Source: a virus
Lineage: Duplodnaviria > Heunggongvirae > Uroviricota > Caudoviricetes
Strand: one strand, 5' to 3'
IMG/VR virus record: IMGVR_UViG_3300046523_000117
DNA: 64,000 nt
Positions 24,697-33,989 of this stretch are shown piece after piece (positions within the stretch are counted from its first letter, which is position 1; each line of letters starts with the position of its first letter). Position numbers and translations under genes: made by a program. The notes beneath the pieces are model-generated. The model was not told the origin of the DNA and ran no database searches. It was given only the letters and a program-made list of their open reading frames with translations.

Positions 24697-24959
24697 CAGT
24701 AGAATGCTCGACTATCGGATGGGGATTGGGCACATTCCAATTTGAATTTATCAAATTGCCCCCAACCCGGACTTTCAGCCTGCCAGACGTAATCATTCTG
24801 GATGGTCAACCATTCGCGTGGGAACTGAGTCTGTGCGACAACTGCGCGTGCGTCTTTGCATTCTTGCATCGAATCGAACGCGGTGACATCGAGACTATGG
24901 GTCTGGGAATTGCCAACACCGTGCCAGACGGCCACCAACAACAGGAATTTAAGCATCAC
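24696..24959 (-). CDS. secreted hypothetical protein (87 aa)
   Basis: signal-peptide-like N-terminus. Confidence 0.45.
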   Translation of the reverse strand: MMLKFLLLVAVWHGVGNSQTHSLDVTAFDSMQECKDARAVVAQTQFPREWLTIQNDYVWQAESPGWGQFDKFKLECAQSPSDSRAFY

Positions 24960-25134
24960 GTCTCACTTCAAATGTTTGGACAATATTCAGGTCTTGGAGC
25001 TTCGCATCACGCCAGTGCAAAGCGGTTTCTGAATCCATACCGTTGCACGTAGCATATTCTTCCGAATATTCGACTTGAAGAACCAGCTTACCGAAAAAGG
25101 TACTGCGATAGCGGTATTTTCCGGTAAGTGTCAT
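24949..25134 (-). CDS. hypothetical protein (61 aa)
   Basis: minus-strand ORF. Confidence 0.4.
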   Translation of the reverse strand: MTLTGKYRYRSTFFGKLVLQVEYSEEYATCNGMDSETALHWRDAKLQDLNIVQTFEVRRDA

Positions 25135-25340
25135 TACGCCAACTCGACCGTCGATGTAAGCTGTGTGATCGAAGCTGCGCCGATACCTTCAACTGCGACA
25201 GTTAGCTTTACAGCCTTGACGGTATACACCGCACCATCAATCTCAAATGGGGTTTTGAGTGTTGGTGTGAAAGTTTCGTGGTGAATCCACAGAACCTTAT
25301 CTTGATGTTTAAAAACTGTACTCATTCTATTATTACTCAA
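25134..25340 (-). CDS. hypothetical protein (68 aa)
   Basis: minus-strand ORF. Confidence 0.4.
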   Translation of the reverse strand: MSNNRMSTVFKHQDKVLWIHHETFTPTLKTPFEIDGAVYTVKAVKLTVAVEGIGAASITQLTSTVELA

Positions 25341-25734
25341 ATTTCAGGGTTGGACAAAACTTTTCTTTCTTGGCTTTGATGTAAGCCATGACAATGTTCG
25401 GTTCTTTCAGTACAGGGGAATACGGATTGCATTCCCGGTATTTCTTCAGCAGGTAACGACCACCGAGGATCACACCAGCTAAGGTATAGATTGCCCAGAT
25501 AATCACACCCACGGCCAATTGGTTTGCACTGATCGCGATGATACCCATCAGTGCCAACAGTACGTGCAATGGAGCCCAGCCGAAAAGAATAGCCACACCC
25601 ACCGCAACAAAGCAGAGTAATAGGCTGATCACGATATAGGTCAAAAGCTGCCGAACGTATGGGCACAGACTATCGCTTGGTGATACGTCGAACCAACTGA
25701 TCAGTTTGTAATGCCACGATGTTTTCTTGATAAT
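25333..25734 (-). CDS. membrane protein (133 aa)
   Basis: ORF 25333..25950 trimmed to MIIKKTSW; three hydrophobic helices; the upstream part of the track ORF looks non-coding. Confidence 0.45.
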   Translation of the reverse strand: MIKKTSWHYKLISWFDVSPSDSLCPYVRQLLTYIVISLLLCFVAVGVAILFGWAPLHVLLALMGIIAISANQLAVGVIIWAIYTLAGVILGGRYLLKKYRECNPYSPVLKEPNIVMAYIKAKKEKFCPTLKFE

Positions 25735-25781
25735 CATTCTTGAATCTCTTGGGTTGGGTTGAGTTTGGTATGGGATTGATT

Positions 25782-26009
25782 CTACACACCATTCTGTTTC
25801 GATGCAAGCACTTCGGCAATTTTGTTTCGAACATCTTCTTCGGTAAACAACCGAACAGCATCCTTCGGCCCGGTACTCCAATGCGAAGCATAGGAATAGA
25901 AGAATTCGGAACCTTGCAGTTCTACCGGAACCGGGGATTCCCATCGCCACCCGGCGACCTTCATGCCCATCACGGTTTCACCCACAAGGGTACGAACGAT
26001 ATCCGTCAC
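25782..26009 (-). CDS. hypothetical protein (75 aa)
   Basis: minus-strand ORF. Confidence 0.45.
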   Translation of the reverse strand: MTDIVRTLVGETVMGMKVAGWRWESPVPVELQGSEFFYSYASHWSTGPKDAVRLFTEEDVRNKIAEVLASKQNGV

Positions 26010-26227
26010 TTGACCAGCCTTTCAGCGATTTCGAAATACGTCGATTCAACCGTACCGAACAGTTGACGGCTGGACAGCTTGATTACACCCATGCCGCCAA
26101 TGCGAATGGTCAGGTCGAAGCCGTCTTTATAGACCGCAGAGACTTCATTCAGGTCAATCATCGCCGCTGGCCCGATTTCCATCATATTCTGAGGACGCTC
26201 GACCAAATTTCTAAGCCACGTTTTCAT
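26006..26227 (-). CDS. hypothetical protein (73 aa)
   Basis: minus-strand ORF. Confidence 0.45.
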   Translation of the reverse strand: MKTWLRNLVERPQNMMEIGPAAMIDLNEVSAVYKDGFDLTIRIGGMGVIKLSSRQLFGTVESTYFEIAERLVK

Positions 26228-26523
26228 TTACCACCATCCGCAAGAAAATGATCAATTACAAAGTCATCACCAAGGGCGAGTTTGAAATGTTCAAGGGTAT
26301 GATCATCCGAACCCAAACTCCAAACTTCATTGCCCCGGTCGTAATCTGGGTGTTTCAGGGCCAGTATCGTGTTCGCTGTGAACATAACACGTTCCGGGGT
26401 AACCTTACCTTCCATGCAACTGAATACCCGATCTACGATTTCGGCCCCACATAGACACACGGTTTTGCTGGTGAAGTCGATATAGACACCGGGTTGATAT
26501 GTATCAGTCATTCTGATTCTCAC
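26224..26523 (-). CDS. hypothetical protein (99 aa)
   Basis: minus-strand ORF. Confidence 0.45.
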   Translation of the reverse strand: MRIRMTDTYQPGVYIDFTSKTVCLCGAEIVDRVFSCMEGKVTPERVMFTANTILALKHPDYDRGNEVWSLGSDDHTLEHFKLALGDDFVIDHFLADGGK

Positions 26524-26695
26524 AAAGCTGGATATAGTGTTCCGTCAGGTCACCAAGGAATTGAAGCAATTGCGGGCCTGACAGTTCACCCGCGTCTTGT
26601 CTGATGATCCCAGCCTTTGTCACAGCGTCTTTGATTGAATCTGCAAAGATATCCCGCTGTTGTTCTGGGGTTGGGTCAAGATTAGTCGTATACAT
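26504..26695 (-). CDS. hypothetical protein (63 aa)
   Basis: minus-strand ORF. Confidence 0.4.
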   Translation of the reverse strand: MYTTNLDPTPEQQRDIFADSIKDAVTKAGIIRQDAGELSGPQLLQFLGDLTEHYIQLCENQND

Positions 26696-26960
26696 GCCGT
26701 TCCCATGAGTGCATTACATCACCGCGTCTATTTGATGATTCGAGGTGGAAACTAAAAGTGTCATCACCGATTTCGAATTCACCATGATATTCACCACCCG
26801 GAGTTCCCGGCCCGTAGGAGGAACTTCCGGTGATTCGAACACCATCCACTTTGCCGTCATTCCACATCGCATCGCCTATTCGTTCGAAAATGTCAATGCC
26901 ACCATCGAACGAATGTTCTTCAACGAATTCTTGGAATTCCCAGCAATCGTCACTCGCCAT
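26682..26960 (-). CDS. acidic hypothetical protein (92 aa)
   Basis: ORF 26682..27146 trimmed to MASDDCW to remove the overlap with the upstream gene. Confidence 0.4.
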   Translation of the reverse strand: MASDDCWEFQEFVEEHSFDGGIDIFERIGDAMWNDGKVDGVRITGSSSYGPGTPGGEYHGEFEIGDDTFSFHLESSNRRGDVMHSWERHVYD

Positions 26961-27439
26961 TAATAACCGTAGTCCGACCACATCGATTCCCGGCGAAAAT
27001 TCAGCCGAGTCGCGTTTTGACGTTCTTCGTGGGTCAGGCAACCGGAATTCATCCGATCTGCATAACGCTGGGCTTGGTTTCGGGTCTTGAAAACCCGATG
27101 GAAATTGTAATGCTGTTTCCCAACCGCAACACCAGAATCCCGACACGAATGTTTATTGTGATACAGCGTAGGGTTACCCGTAGCCCAATGATTACGCCAC
27201 TCGGTAGTTTTGTACCAAAGCGCATCGGCAAGAATTGTTCGCATAATACCTTCGCCGCTAAGCGGTTTCAGGTAAGCCCGCGACTGAATGGTGTATTGCT
27301 CTACCCGAGCATTACCACCTTTCGATTCGAGCGGAAACGCCATGACGTAATACAGGGTCTTGCCTTGACGGAAATCTTTGACTTTTACGTTTTTCATGAA
27401 ATCGCTACCGTAATATTGATCATGGTGTACAGCTTCCAA
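26960..27439 (-). CDS. hypothetical protein (159 aa)
   Basis: minus-strand ORF. Confidence 0.5.
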   Translation of the reverse strand: MEAVHHDQYYGSDFMKNVKVKDFRQGKTLYYVMAFPLESKGGNARVEQYTIQSRAYLKPLSGEGIMRTILADALWYKTTEWRNHWATGNPTLYHNKHSCRDSGVAVGKQHYNFHRVFKTRNQAQRYADRMNSGCLTHEERQNATRLNFRRESMWSDYGY

Positions 27440-27585
27440 CTACCAGCAGCACCGAGAATCATCATGATCACCCCGACGATCCCCAATTCCTTCTGGAACT
27501 GGCTGGCGATGAATGTCATGAGGAACCCGCAGAACAGAAGCCAGATGACAACCGCCCACATAATGATGTAACCAAGAGCCCACAT
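27394..27585 (-). CDS. small membrane protein (63 aa)
   Basis: hydrophobic. Confidence 0.45.
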   Translation of the reverse strand: MWALGYIIMWAVVIWLLFCGFLMTFIASQFQKELGIVGVIMMILGAAGSWKLYTMINITVAIS

Positions 27586-27926
27586 TATTGTGCAGCCTCA
27601 TGAATTTGATGCTGGATTTGATGCAACCAGTCAGTCATACCACCGAAGGTCTGGATTTCATCGCAGGTATCGCCATCACCGAGAATATCGATGAACTGAT
27701 CAGCCAAGTCTGGCGAAACATCCTCAATTTCATCGCGGAGTGCAAGTGAAAGCCAAAATGGGCCGAATACGGTCTGGTCTGGAAACTGGGCGTTATAACC
27801 CGGCGTGAATTCACCCACCGCACATGCATTCCAACCATTGGTATGATCGATTTTACGAACCGGATCTTGTTCGGAACAGAATTTGACAAACGCATCGAGC
27901 TTCGGGGTTACAGAGAGGGACATCAT
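27585..27926 (-). CDS. acidic hypothetical protein (113 aa)
   Basis: minus-strand ORF. Confidence 0.5.
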   Translation of the reverse strand: MMSLSVTPKLDAFVKFCSEQDPVRKIDHTNGWNACAVGEFTPGYNAQFPDQTVFGPFWLSLALRDEIEDVSPDLADQFIDILGDGDTCDEIQTFGGMTDWLHQIQHQIHEAAQ

Positions 27927-27986
27927 TCATTCCTTGCTGTTTTGATTTCGAGTAGAATACCAGATTCTGTTCCGGGTGCAAGCATT

Positions 27987-28517
27987 TTATTTCGAATATT
28001 TTCTCTGCCACTTGGCGAGTTTCTTTTTCATGATCGGATAAATCACATCCGGGTCAAGTTCACCAAGCTCTGTGTGGATCATGTCGTAGCCGCAAAGGAT
28101 CAAATCAATAGCTTCACCTACGATACCATCGACTCCAGCAGGGCCGGGTTTGGTTCCGTGGGCGATTCGAACCTCTACGGAAAGCTCTCCCAGTTCTTCG
28201 AGGGCGCTAGCCAGAACATCTTTCTGGTGTTCTCTTGTGTTTCCGACGATTCGGGCGACTTTCTGGATTTCAACAAGCGGATCGAAAGCTTTGATTTCTT
28301 CGACGTAGGCATCATGTCGTTTGGTCGCGCATTCAAAACAATAAGCAGCTCGCTTATCGACGCCATTCCAACAGTCTTTGCAGCCGGTGCAGCGAAACAT
28401 ATATTCACCGGGGGCAAATCCAAATCGAAGAAGGTGTTCCCACTCGGCACGACTGGTGAATGTTTGGACTTCACGAATGACTAACCCTGTATTGGTTGTT
28501 ACTGTAGTTTGTGACAT
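27987..28517 (-). CDS. Zn-ribbon + MazG-like nucleotide pyrophosphohydrolase domain protein (176 aa)
   Basis: C-x2-C...C-x2-C N-terminal ribbon; EELGELSVEV ... EAIDL matches the MazG EExGE motif pair. Confidence 0.5.
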   Translation of the reverse strand: MSQTTVTTNTGLVIREVQTFTSRAEWEHLLRFGFAPGEYMFRCTGCKDCWNGVDKRAAYCFECATKRHDAYVEEIKAFDPLVEIQKVARIVGNTREHQKDVLASALEELGELSVEVRIAHGTKPGPAGVDGIVGEAIDLILCGYDMIHTELGELDPDVIYPIMKKKLAKWQRKYSK

Positions 28518-28726
28518 TCCATCAATCTCATTTTGTTGTGGAAATCGGCTTTCTCACGTAGATAAACCTGATGTGTTCCGACATCCCGGTACATCACCAC
28601 TTCGATGTGTTTCAGGATACCAGCACATTTGATGGTATCGTGTTCCGTGGCATCCAACACCAGTTCATACACACCACCCTTGTTCTTGCCATTTCCGATG
28701 TATTCGTATCGTGGCATCTTAGACAT
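28499..28726 (-). CDS. hypothetical protein (~75 aa)
   Basis: ORF 28499..28804 trimmed to an internal Met to avoid an 86-nt overlap. Confidence 0.4.
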   Translation of the reverse strand: MSKMPRYEYIGNGKNKGGVYELVLDATEHDTIKCAGILKHIEVVMYRDVGTHQVYLREKADFHNKMRLMECHKLQ

Positions 28727-29210
28727 GGGCATCATCCGGTTCCAGCAACATGAAAACTTTCGTGCCAGATTTCGTAAACGTGAAGTTAAATTCATAGAAA
28801 CCATCCGGCGACATCAGAATCTGGCTTTTACCAACACGCTTGAAGAAATCATTTGCATGATCGCCTTTCAATGTGTATCGCATACCCGCACGGGATTTGA
28901 AATAGAGCTGAATGCTACTGGTGCCGTTGTGAATTGCATCAAACTCGAATTCACCACGCATAACCGGAATATGATCCAATTGTTCGTAGTCTTCGAGGGT
29001 TTTATCGGTTTTACGCCAATAATGCCCGAAATTGTACACAGGGGCGGGCAGACCATTGGCGATTGCATCATAAGTAGCTATCAGCTTCTCTTTGATGTCT
29101 GTGTGGTCGTGTTGATACAGGGTGTCGTCGTCAGTCAGAATATCCCCTGTGCTTTTCTGACGAATCAGGCGCCATGCCTTACTGGGAGTTTTTTGGCGAA
29201 TAGTTCTCAT
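28719..29210 (-). CDS. hypothetical protein (163 aa)
   Basis: minus-strand ORF. Confidence 0.5.
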   Translation of the reverse strand: MRTIRQKTPSKAWRLIRQKSTGDILTDDDTLYQHDHTDIKEKLIATYDAIANGLPAPVYNFGHYWRKTDKTLEDYEQLDHIPVMRGEFEFDAIHNGTSSIQLYFKSRAGMRYTLKGDHANDFFKRVGKSQILMSPDGFYEFNFTFTKSGTKVFMLLEPDDAHV

Positions 29211-29548
29211 GCTTTCTCTTTCAATACAAAACCAAATGATAAAACGTAACGGGTGCCTTTAATGATAGGCGTTACGCTGTGTCGATGAATATCGGGACGG
29301 AACAGACAGAAAATTCTGTTCTTGATGATTGAACCGGTGGTTTGGAATTCCCCACCAATCTCGGCTGGTTTGACAAAGATGTTCAATCGGAAATGGCGAA
29401 GACCGGTTTCAACCGGATCGACGTGCCATTTAATGCAACTACCTTGACGGAATCGCAGAAGCCAGACATCGAATTTCTTACCTTGCAAAAGCCGGAGTGT
29501 GTCGTACCCACTGTTTTGTCGCCCGTTCTGCCACTTTAGCCAAGCCAT
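29207..29548 (-). CDS. putative 2OG-Fe(II) oxygenase-like (double-stranded beta-helix) protein (113 aa)
   Basis: WHVDP (HxD) ... H ... RYVLSF (RxS) arrangement. Confidence 0.35.
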   Translation of the reverse strand: MAWLKWQNGRQNSGYDTLRLLQGKKFDVWLLRFRQGSCIKWHVDPVETGLRHFRLNIFVKPAEIGGEFQTTGSIIKNRIFCLFRPDIHRHSVTPIIKGTRYVLSFGFVLKEKA

Positions 29549-29678
29549 TTCGAATCATCCCCATATTGATGCAATAGGTGCAAAGATCCAGATCGGCAAC
29601 ATAAACACCAGTATGAATGGTTCTGTTACACCGATCACAAACCGTTGCCCATTGAGTGTTGCCGATCTGGATTTTCAT
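29478..29678 (-). CDS. Zn-ribbon hypothetical protein (66 aa)
   Basis: CDRC...CTYC. Confidence 0.4.
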   Translation of the reverse strand: MKIQIGNTQWATVCDRCNRTIHTGVYVADLDLCTYCINMGMIRNGLAKVAERATKQWVRHTPAFAR

Positions 29679-30070
29679 TAGCCGTGGACGCCCATCATGT
29701 GGACGTGGAACATTTCAGGGCTGATGTTATCATCACCGGACTCGATCCAAACACGATACGAAAACCCATTGATTTCGTCATCGTGATAGAGCTGCCAATC
29801 CGTGCAGAGTTGTTCCATTTTCTCGGTGATATCGAATCCGAGCGAATCCGACATTGCCCGTACAACTTGGCTGGTATCGGCACACAGAGACTCCAGTGAT
29901 TCCGAATAAACTTCATCGACAATCAGGCAACCGACCGCACACATCAAGCCATTGTCGCCCCGATAGGCACAGCTTGGGGTTTGCGAACCGCCATAGGCGG
30001 TTTTCGACTGCTTACGCTGTTTGGTTAGGTGGTCCCGGATCTTTTCCGAGATTAGAATCAAATTCGACAT
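29678..30070 (-). CDS. hypothetical protein (130 aa)
   Basis: minus-strand ORF. Confidence 0.5.
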   Translation of the reverse strand: MSNLILISEKIRDHLTKQRKQSKTAYGGSQTPSCAYRGDNGLMCAVGCLIVDEVYSESLESLCADTSQVVRAMSDSLGFDITEKMEQLCTDWQLYHDDEINGFSYRVWIESGDDNISPEMFHVHMMGVHG

Positions 30071-30205
30071 GCTTTAAATCTCACAACGCCTAAGAGGCTC
30101 TGTAAGCCTCTGTAAGCCATTTAATCAAATTCCCAATACCATCGCATAGGGAATGGTTTAAAAACGTCTGTAACCGCGACACAGCTCGTTGCTGGCGCTA
30201 TTGCA

Positions 30206-30415
30206 TCAAACCTTCGGCGGTGTTTTAGTGTTTCTAGTCTTGAGCCACCCGAGGGTACTCGCGACCATGCAGCCCAAAAACAGAAAGAAGCATGACGTAC
30301 CGATCAAAAAATTGTTCTCAACCGGAACCCAGCCGATTATGTACAGGCTGAATGCTATCCCCATCATTGATAGCGTCATATTGATGTAATGCAAACTCTT
30401 TAGATATGTACCCAT
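30206..30415 (-). CDS. small membrane protein (69 aa)
   Basis: two hydrophobic helices. Confidence 0.45.
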   Translation of the reverse strand: MGTYLKSLHYINMTLSMMGIAFSLYIIGWVPVENNFLIGTSCFFLFLGCMVASTLGWLKTRNTKTPPKV

Positions 30416-30529
30416 GCTTCTTCCACCATTAATTTGATATTATTCGATATTATTCCTTACCCAACCGCTTGTCGGGTTGTTACGCCAATGATACACCTGA
30501 TTTGGTTGAATCTAAACAGAATTCGAAAT

Positions 30530-31234
30530 TTAATTTTGAATATTGTGGGTATACAACACAAAATTGATAGGTTCGGGATGCTTCATCACCATACCCGCCG
30601 TAACGGCTCGGATATTGTTGAAAGCCTCTTTCGCCGGTCGCTGTGTAATCCCAAGCATTTCCAAAACATAACCACGGGTGTTCATGTCATTCCACGGCTT
30701 TTGATCGGGCCAGACCTTACCCAATAGTTTATGTTCACCTTCGTAATGGAAACGATCATTGGATTCTGCGATAATACCTAACCGCCGATCTAGTTTGACA
30801 ACACCACGGATCAATTGTTCCTTCTGGCGTTTCTGTTCCTTATAACCATTGTCGCCGGGTTTGAACCCACGGTCATCGAACGCACCACGATTGTAATACT
30901 TTCGAATCCATTCTGGTGAAATTGCAGAGACGAATTCAAACTCACTCTTGCGGCGCAGAAAATGTTCGTGGGTAATCGGGGAATCCCCAACACTCCAAGC
31001 CTTTTCCGCTGTCAACTGGCGAGTTGTCCGGTACACAAACACCGGGTCACTCGGAAGCATCATGATCGCTGACATACAATGCCCAGCAGTCGGAGCCACA
31101 CAAATACGCTTAACACGCGGTTCGTCCTCACCAGCCGAATACGGCAAGCGTGGGGACAATTCCATCGTATTACCCATAAAGTCTTGGGTGACAAAATACC
31201 AGTAGCGCTTAGTCTTTTGAATTCGTTTGCTCAT
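30530..31234 (-). CDS. hypothetical protein (234 aa)
   Basis: minus-strand ORF. Confidence 0.6.
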   Translation of the reverse strand: MSKRIQKTKRYWYFVTQDFMGNTMELSPRLPYSAGEDEPRVKRICVAPTAGHCMSAIMMLPSDPVFVYRTTRQLTAEKAWSVGDSPITHEHFLRRKSEFEFVSAISPEWIRKYYNRGAFDDRGFKPGDNGYKEQKRQKEQLIRGVVKLDRRLGIIAESNDRFHYEGEHKLLGKVWPDQKPWNDMNTRGYVLEMLGITQRPAKEAFNNIRAVTAGMVMKHPEPINFVLYTHNIQN

Positions 31235-31884
31235 TAGATTTTACCAGTTGCGCGCAACTCGCTCAGGTTGAACTGCGGAAATGATGTAATGAATTGATCA
31301 ATTGGCATTGGGTTATTGATCAGGTTTTCCATACCATGCGATTTGACGGTGGACAGGGAATCACCCTTGCCGCAATACCAGCTATAACTAGTTTCAAACC
31401 CATCGACATAGGACCGGTTATAAGAACCCGGCAAATACCCTTTGGCGATCTTTTTCAGGTAATAAGCCTTCTCACCATCAAAATAATTACGGTCTTTCAA
31501 CCACTCGGAACGTGATTCCCCGAACATGTCTTGGGAATTGCCATTCAGTTTCATAACAACACCGGACCAAACATTGGTGTTACGGTCTTGTACAATCGCG
31601 ATCAGGTAACGCCAAGTAACTTTCGGCTTTTCAATCGGCTTGTTCGGGTCGAGTTTGTCTTTATACTTCGCCCGTTCCGAATCCATCCAACCGGTTTTAC
31701 CCGAAACGTGGAATTGTTCCGTAGAAACCATCAACTGTGCGGGACCATACAGACCACAACTGGTTCGAACCATCGTCGGGGTATACCCAGTCACGACGCC
31801 CTTACTGAAACTGCGATTGTTCACTGCTACGACGAAATCACCGATCTTGATAGGTACTTCCAAAAAATCCTTGTATTCCATCAT
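31234..31884 (-). CDS. hypothetical protein (216 aa)
   Basis: minus-strand ORF. Confidence 0.6.
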   Translation of the reverse strand: MMEYKDFLEVPIKIGDFVVAVNNRSFSKGVVTGYTPTMVRTSCGLYGPAQLMVSTEQFHVSGKTGWMDSERAKYKDKLDPNKPIEKPKVTWRYLIAIVQDRNTNVWSGVVMKLNGNSQDMFGESRSEWLKDRNYFDGEKAYYLKKIAKGYLPGSYNRSYVDGFETSYSWYCGKGDSLSTVKSHGMENLINNPMPIDQFITSFPQFNLSELRATGKI

Positions 31885-32078
31885 TTACGCATATCCGCCA
31901 ATTTCTCAAAGTGCTTTACCGCAAGTTCTTTTGTTTTGAGTGGGTTCTTCGCCCCGAAGAAACATGGGTCTTTCAATTCTGATTTGATCTGGGAGTCTTT
32001 CCAACTCGCCAGCAGCTTGCGACCGTGTGGGGTGGCTGCCAGAGCCAAACGAACATTCTTAACCAAAATATCAAACAT
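31881..32078 (-). CDS. hypothetical protein (65 aa)
   Basis: minus-strand ORF. Confidence 0.45.
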   Translation of the reverse strand: MFDILVKNVRLALAATPHGRKLLASWKDSQIKSELKDPCFFGAKNPLKTKELAVKHFEKLADMRK

Positions 32079-32083
32079 GCTTC

Positions 32084-32284
32084 TTACTCTCCCATACGAT
32101 CAGTAATACGTTCGGACCAATCGATAGTGCGTTCAACAATGCCCGCGATATCGTGAAAATAGGACTCTACGTCGGATAACATCAAATCTTCTACAGCCTG
32201 CCCGGTGCGAACGGAAAAGTCTTCCATTACAGCACGGGTTGGATCGGATTCAATCTTTGTATCAAATTCTGTGAAAAGGATCAT
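32084..32284 (-). CDS. acidic hypothetical protein (66 aa)
   Basis: minus-strand ORF. Confidence 0.45.
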   Translation of the reverse strand: MILFTEFDTKIESDPTRAVMEDFSVRTGQAVEDLMLSDVESYFHDIAGIVERTIDWSERITDRMGE

Positions 32285-32619
32285 TTATACTTCCCGGCCA
32301 TATGACCTTTGCTGGTCGCGTGCCACCCGTCACAGTTTTTGCAGTGATAGACATTGGTTGCTGCGTGTTTGCCTTTTGATTTGACCATACCCACAGATGT
32401 AACAAGTCTTGCATCAGCTTCGGAGGCGTAACGTTTCTTGAAGCAGATGAATTGATTCGAACCGAGATTCCAACCCACAATCCGACCATCAAACAGAACT
32501 TCGGACACATTGAACCGTTCGTACAGGGATTTAACTTTCTGACGGCGAAGGTTTGGGTCACGATATTCGCGATAGGTAGCAACGGCGAGGTCGCGACTGA
32601 ATTGGGTGGTTGAGTACAT
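32281..32619 (-). CDS. hypothetical protein (112 aa)
   Basis: HCKNCDGWH motif. Confidence 0.5.
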   Translation of the reverse strand: MYSTTQFSRDLAVATYREYRDPNLRRQKVKSLYERFNVSEVLFDGRIVGWNLGSNQFICFKKRYASEADARLVTSVGMVKSKGKHAATNVYHCKNCDGWHATSKGHMAGKYK

Positions 32620-32742
32620 AATTTGCTCCTAATTCTGTTTCGATGATGGCGTATCTGCCTTGTGTGGTTATCATACCGTGTTTTCATTCAGTTTCAAACA
32701 CTTTCGGGACAAATATTTCTGTTTCAATTCAATCAGTAGGCA

Positions 32743-32770
32743 ACAAAAAGCCCGGACGAACCGGGCTATT
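32743..32770. terminator. rho-independent terminator
   Basis: CAAAAAGCCCGGacgaaCCGGGCTATTG. Confidence 0.55.
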
Positions 32771-32774
32771 GAAA

Positions 32775-33305
32775 TTACTTGCCGTAGCTGACAAACATCG
32801 GGTCAATTTCTCTCCGATGCTTCTTCATACCACTTTGCCACCACGGATCTGTGAAACCATACCGTTTCCGGTAGTGCTGCACACCAAGCAGGGTGTATTG
32901 CCAATCAGCCGGGTCAAACCCAGCTTTGTCATCAACGATAATTGATGTATAAAACTTTGCATCAAAGTATCCAGTCTTGGTGTTAGCCTCAAGAGGATTG
33001 GTATTGACAGCCAGAACCTTGATACCCGCATCTGCGAAGAATTTAACCACTGCCGGAATTTCTTCCGGTTGTAGCGAACTCCAGAGGATGAAATAGGTTT
33101 CATCAAAATCTGAGAGCTGTTTCAAGATACCCGGAATGTCCGGGTGAATCCATTCGTAGGTGTTTTGCTGGTAGTTACCATGCAGCACCGTACCATGCAG
33201 GTCTAACGACCAGTAGATACGCTGCCATCCACGTTCTTGGGATACCCGATACGCACGATCAATTGCTTTGAGAAGTGACAAATTCTTTAATCTTCGCGGA
33301 GCCAA
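32775..33305 (-). CDS. HAD-like phosphatase / 5'(3')-deoxyribonucleotidase-like protein (176 aa)
   Basis: WSLDLHGTV resembles a HAD motif I; weak. Confidence 0.35.
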   Translation of the reverse strand: MAPRRLKNLSLLKAIDRAYRVSQERGWQRIYWSLDLHGTVLHGNYQQNTYEWIHPDIPGILKQLSDFDETYFILWSSLQPEEIPAVVKFFADAGIKVLAVNTNPLEANTKTGYFDAKFYTSIIVDDKAGFDPADWQYTLLGVQHYRKRYGFTDPWWQSGMKKHRREIDPMFVSYGK

Positions 33306-33483
33306 TCACACGATCACCAGCTTCTGTAATCATGGTTGGGAGTGAACGGATTGTGTTTGCCTGAGCTACGTCCGGGAACTGATCGATATCGATGTATTCG
33401 TAGGCTACGCCCTGTGCATCCAGAAACTGTTTGGCGGTTTTGCAGTTACCGCACCATTCAGCGCCAAAAATCTTATGTGTCAT
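33259..33483 (-). CDS. glutaredoxin/NrdH-like thioredoxin-fold protein
   Basis: CGNC active-site motif at the N-terminus; ~74 aa; SLP cis-Pro region. Confidence 0.65.
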   Translation of the reverse strand: MTHKIFGAEWCGNCKTAKQFLDAQGVAYEYIDIDQFPDVAQANTIRSLPTMITEAGDRVIGSAKIKEFVTSQSN

Positions 33484-33700
33484 TACTGTTTTCTAAACCT
33501 GTGTTGATTCGATGTAATGCGCAGTCCAGCAAGTCGATGTGGTCTTGATCGACTGGTTTACCCAATTCCATCAATTCACGTAGAGCTTCAAGGGCTCTGG
33601 TCGCTTGTTCGATTTGCATTACATTCGAGATTGATATTTCGATTATTTGTGGATCACTCATTTGTACCGCCCTTCCGGTAGAAGCTCTTTCGGATACCAA
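33473..33700 (-). CDS. hypothetical protein (75 aa)
   Basis: minus-strand ORF. Confidence 0.45.
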   Translation of the reverse strand: MVSERASTGRAVQMSDPQIIEISISNVMQIEQATRALEALRELMELGKPVDQDHIDLLDCALHRINTGLENSNDT

Positions 33701-33972
33701 AGGGCCATACGTGGTATTTTGATGGTTTGCTTCAATCGGGCCGGGGTATAAGACCGGATTACGTCACGCTGAAAAATATCTTCATAGATTGGGGTGTGTT
33801 CGTGGACGGCTACATAGCCTTCTTTCGGATAACCTTCAACAAGGTACAAACGCCCTTCGTTGTGTTGATCCATTCGAATGAACCATTCACCCGGAACCAC
33901 ATCCCTACCATATCTGTCAACAAGCATTACCGACATCCATTCTGTTTTGGTACGACCATAATACCATACCAA
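33658..33972 (-). CDS. hypothetical protein (104 aa; TTG start in the track, start uncertain)
   Basis: minus-strand ORF. Confidence 0.45.
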   Translation of the reverse strand: MVWYYGRTKTEWMSVMLVDRYGRDVVPGEWFIRMDQHNEGRLYLVEGYPKEGYVAVHEHTPIYEDIFQRDVIRSYTPARLKQTIKIPRMALWYPKELLPEGRYK

Positions 33973-33989
33973 AACAGAATTACAAACAG

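Noticed and set aside
25337-25891. Overlapping alternative ORFs 25337..25666 and 25670..25891, and the N-terminal 72 aa of 25333..25950
   Set aside because: The N-terminal segment (RRRCSKQNCRSACIE...) looks non-coding. The membrane-protein reading of the 3' part, starting at MIIKKTSW, leaves a sensible intergenic gap after 25782..26009, so the 133-aa CDS was kept.
27017-29249. Plus-strand ORFs 27017..27571 (184 aa), 27843..28484 (213 aa) and 28605..29249 (214 aa)
   Set aside because: Each overlaps co-linear minus-strand genes that fit the packed, overlapping-start architecture of the region. No PeSL, promoter or terminator on the plus strand supports them.
30093-30120. CTCTGTAAGCC tandem repeat / AGAGGCT...AGCCTCT hairpin as a terminator
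   Set aside because: There is no U-run on either strand after the stem. It may be an RNA-processing site or may be incidental.
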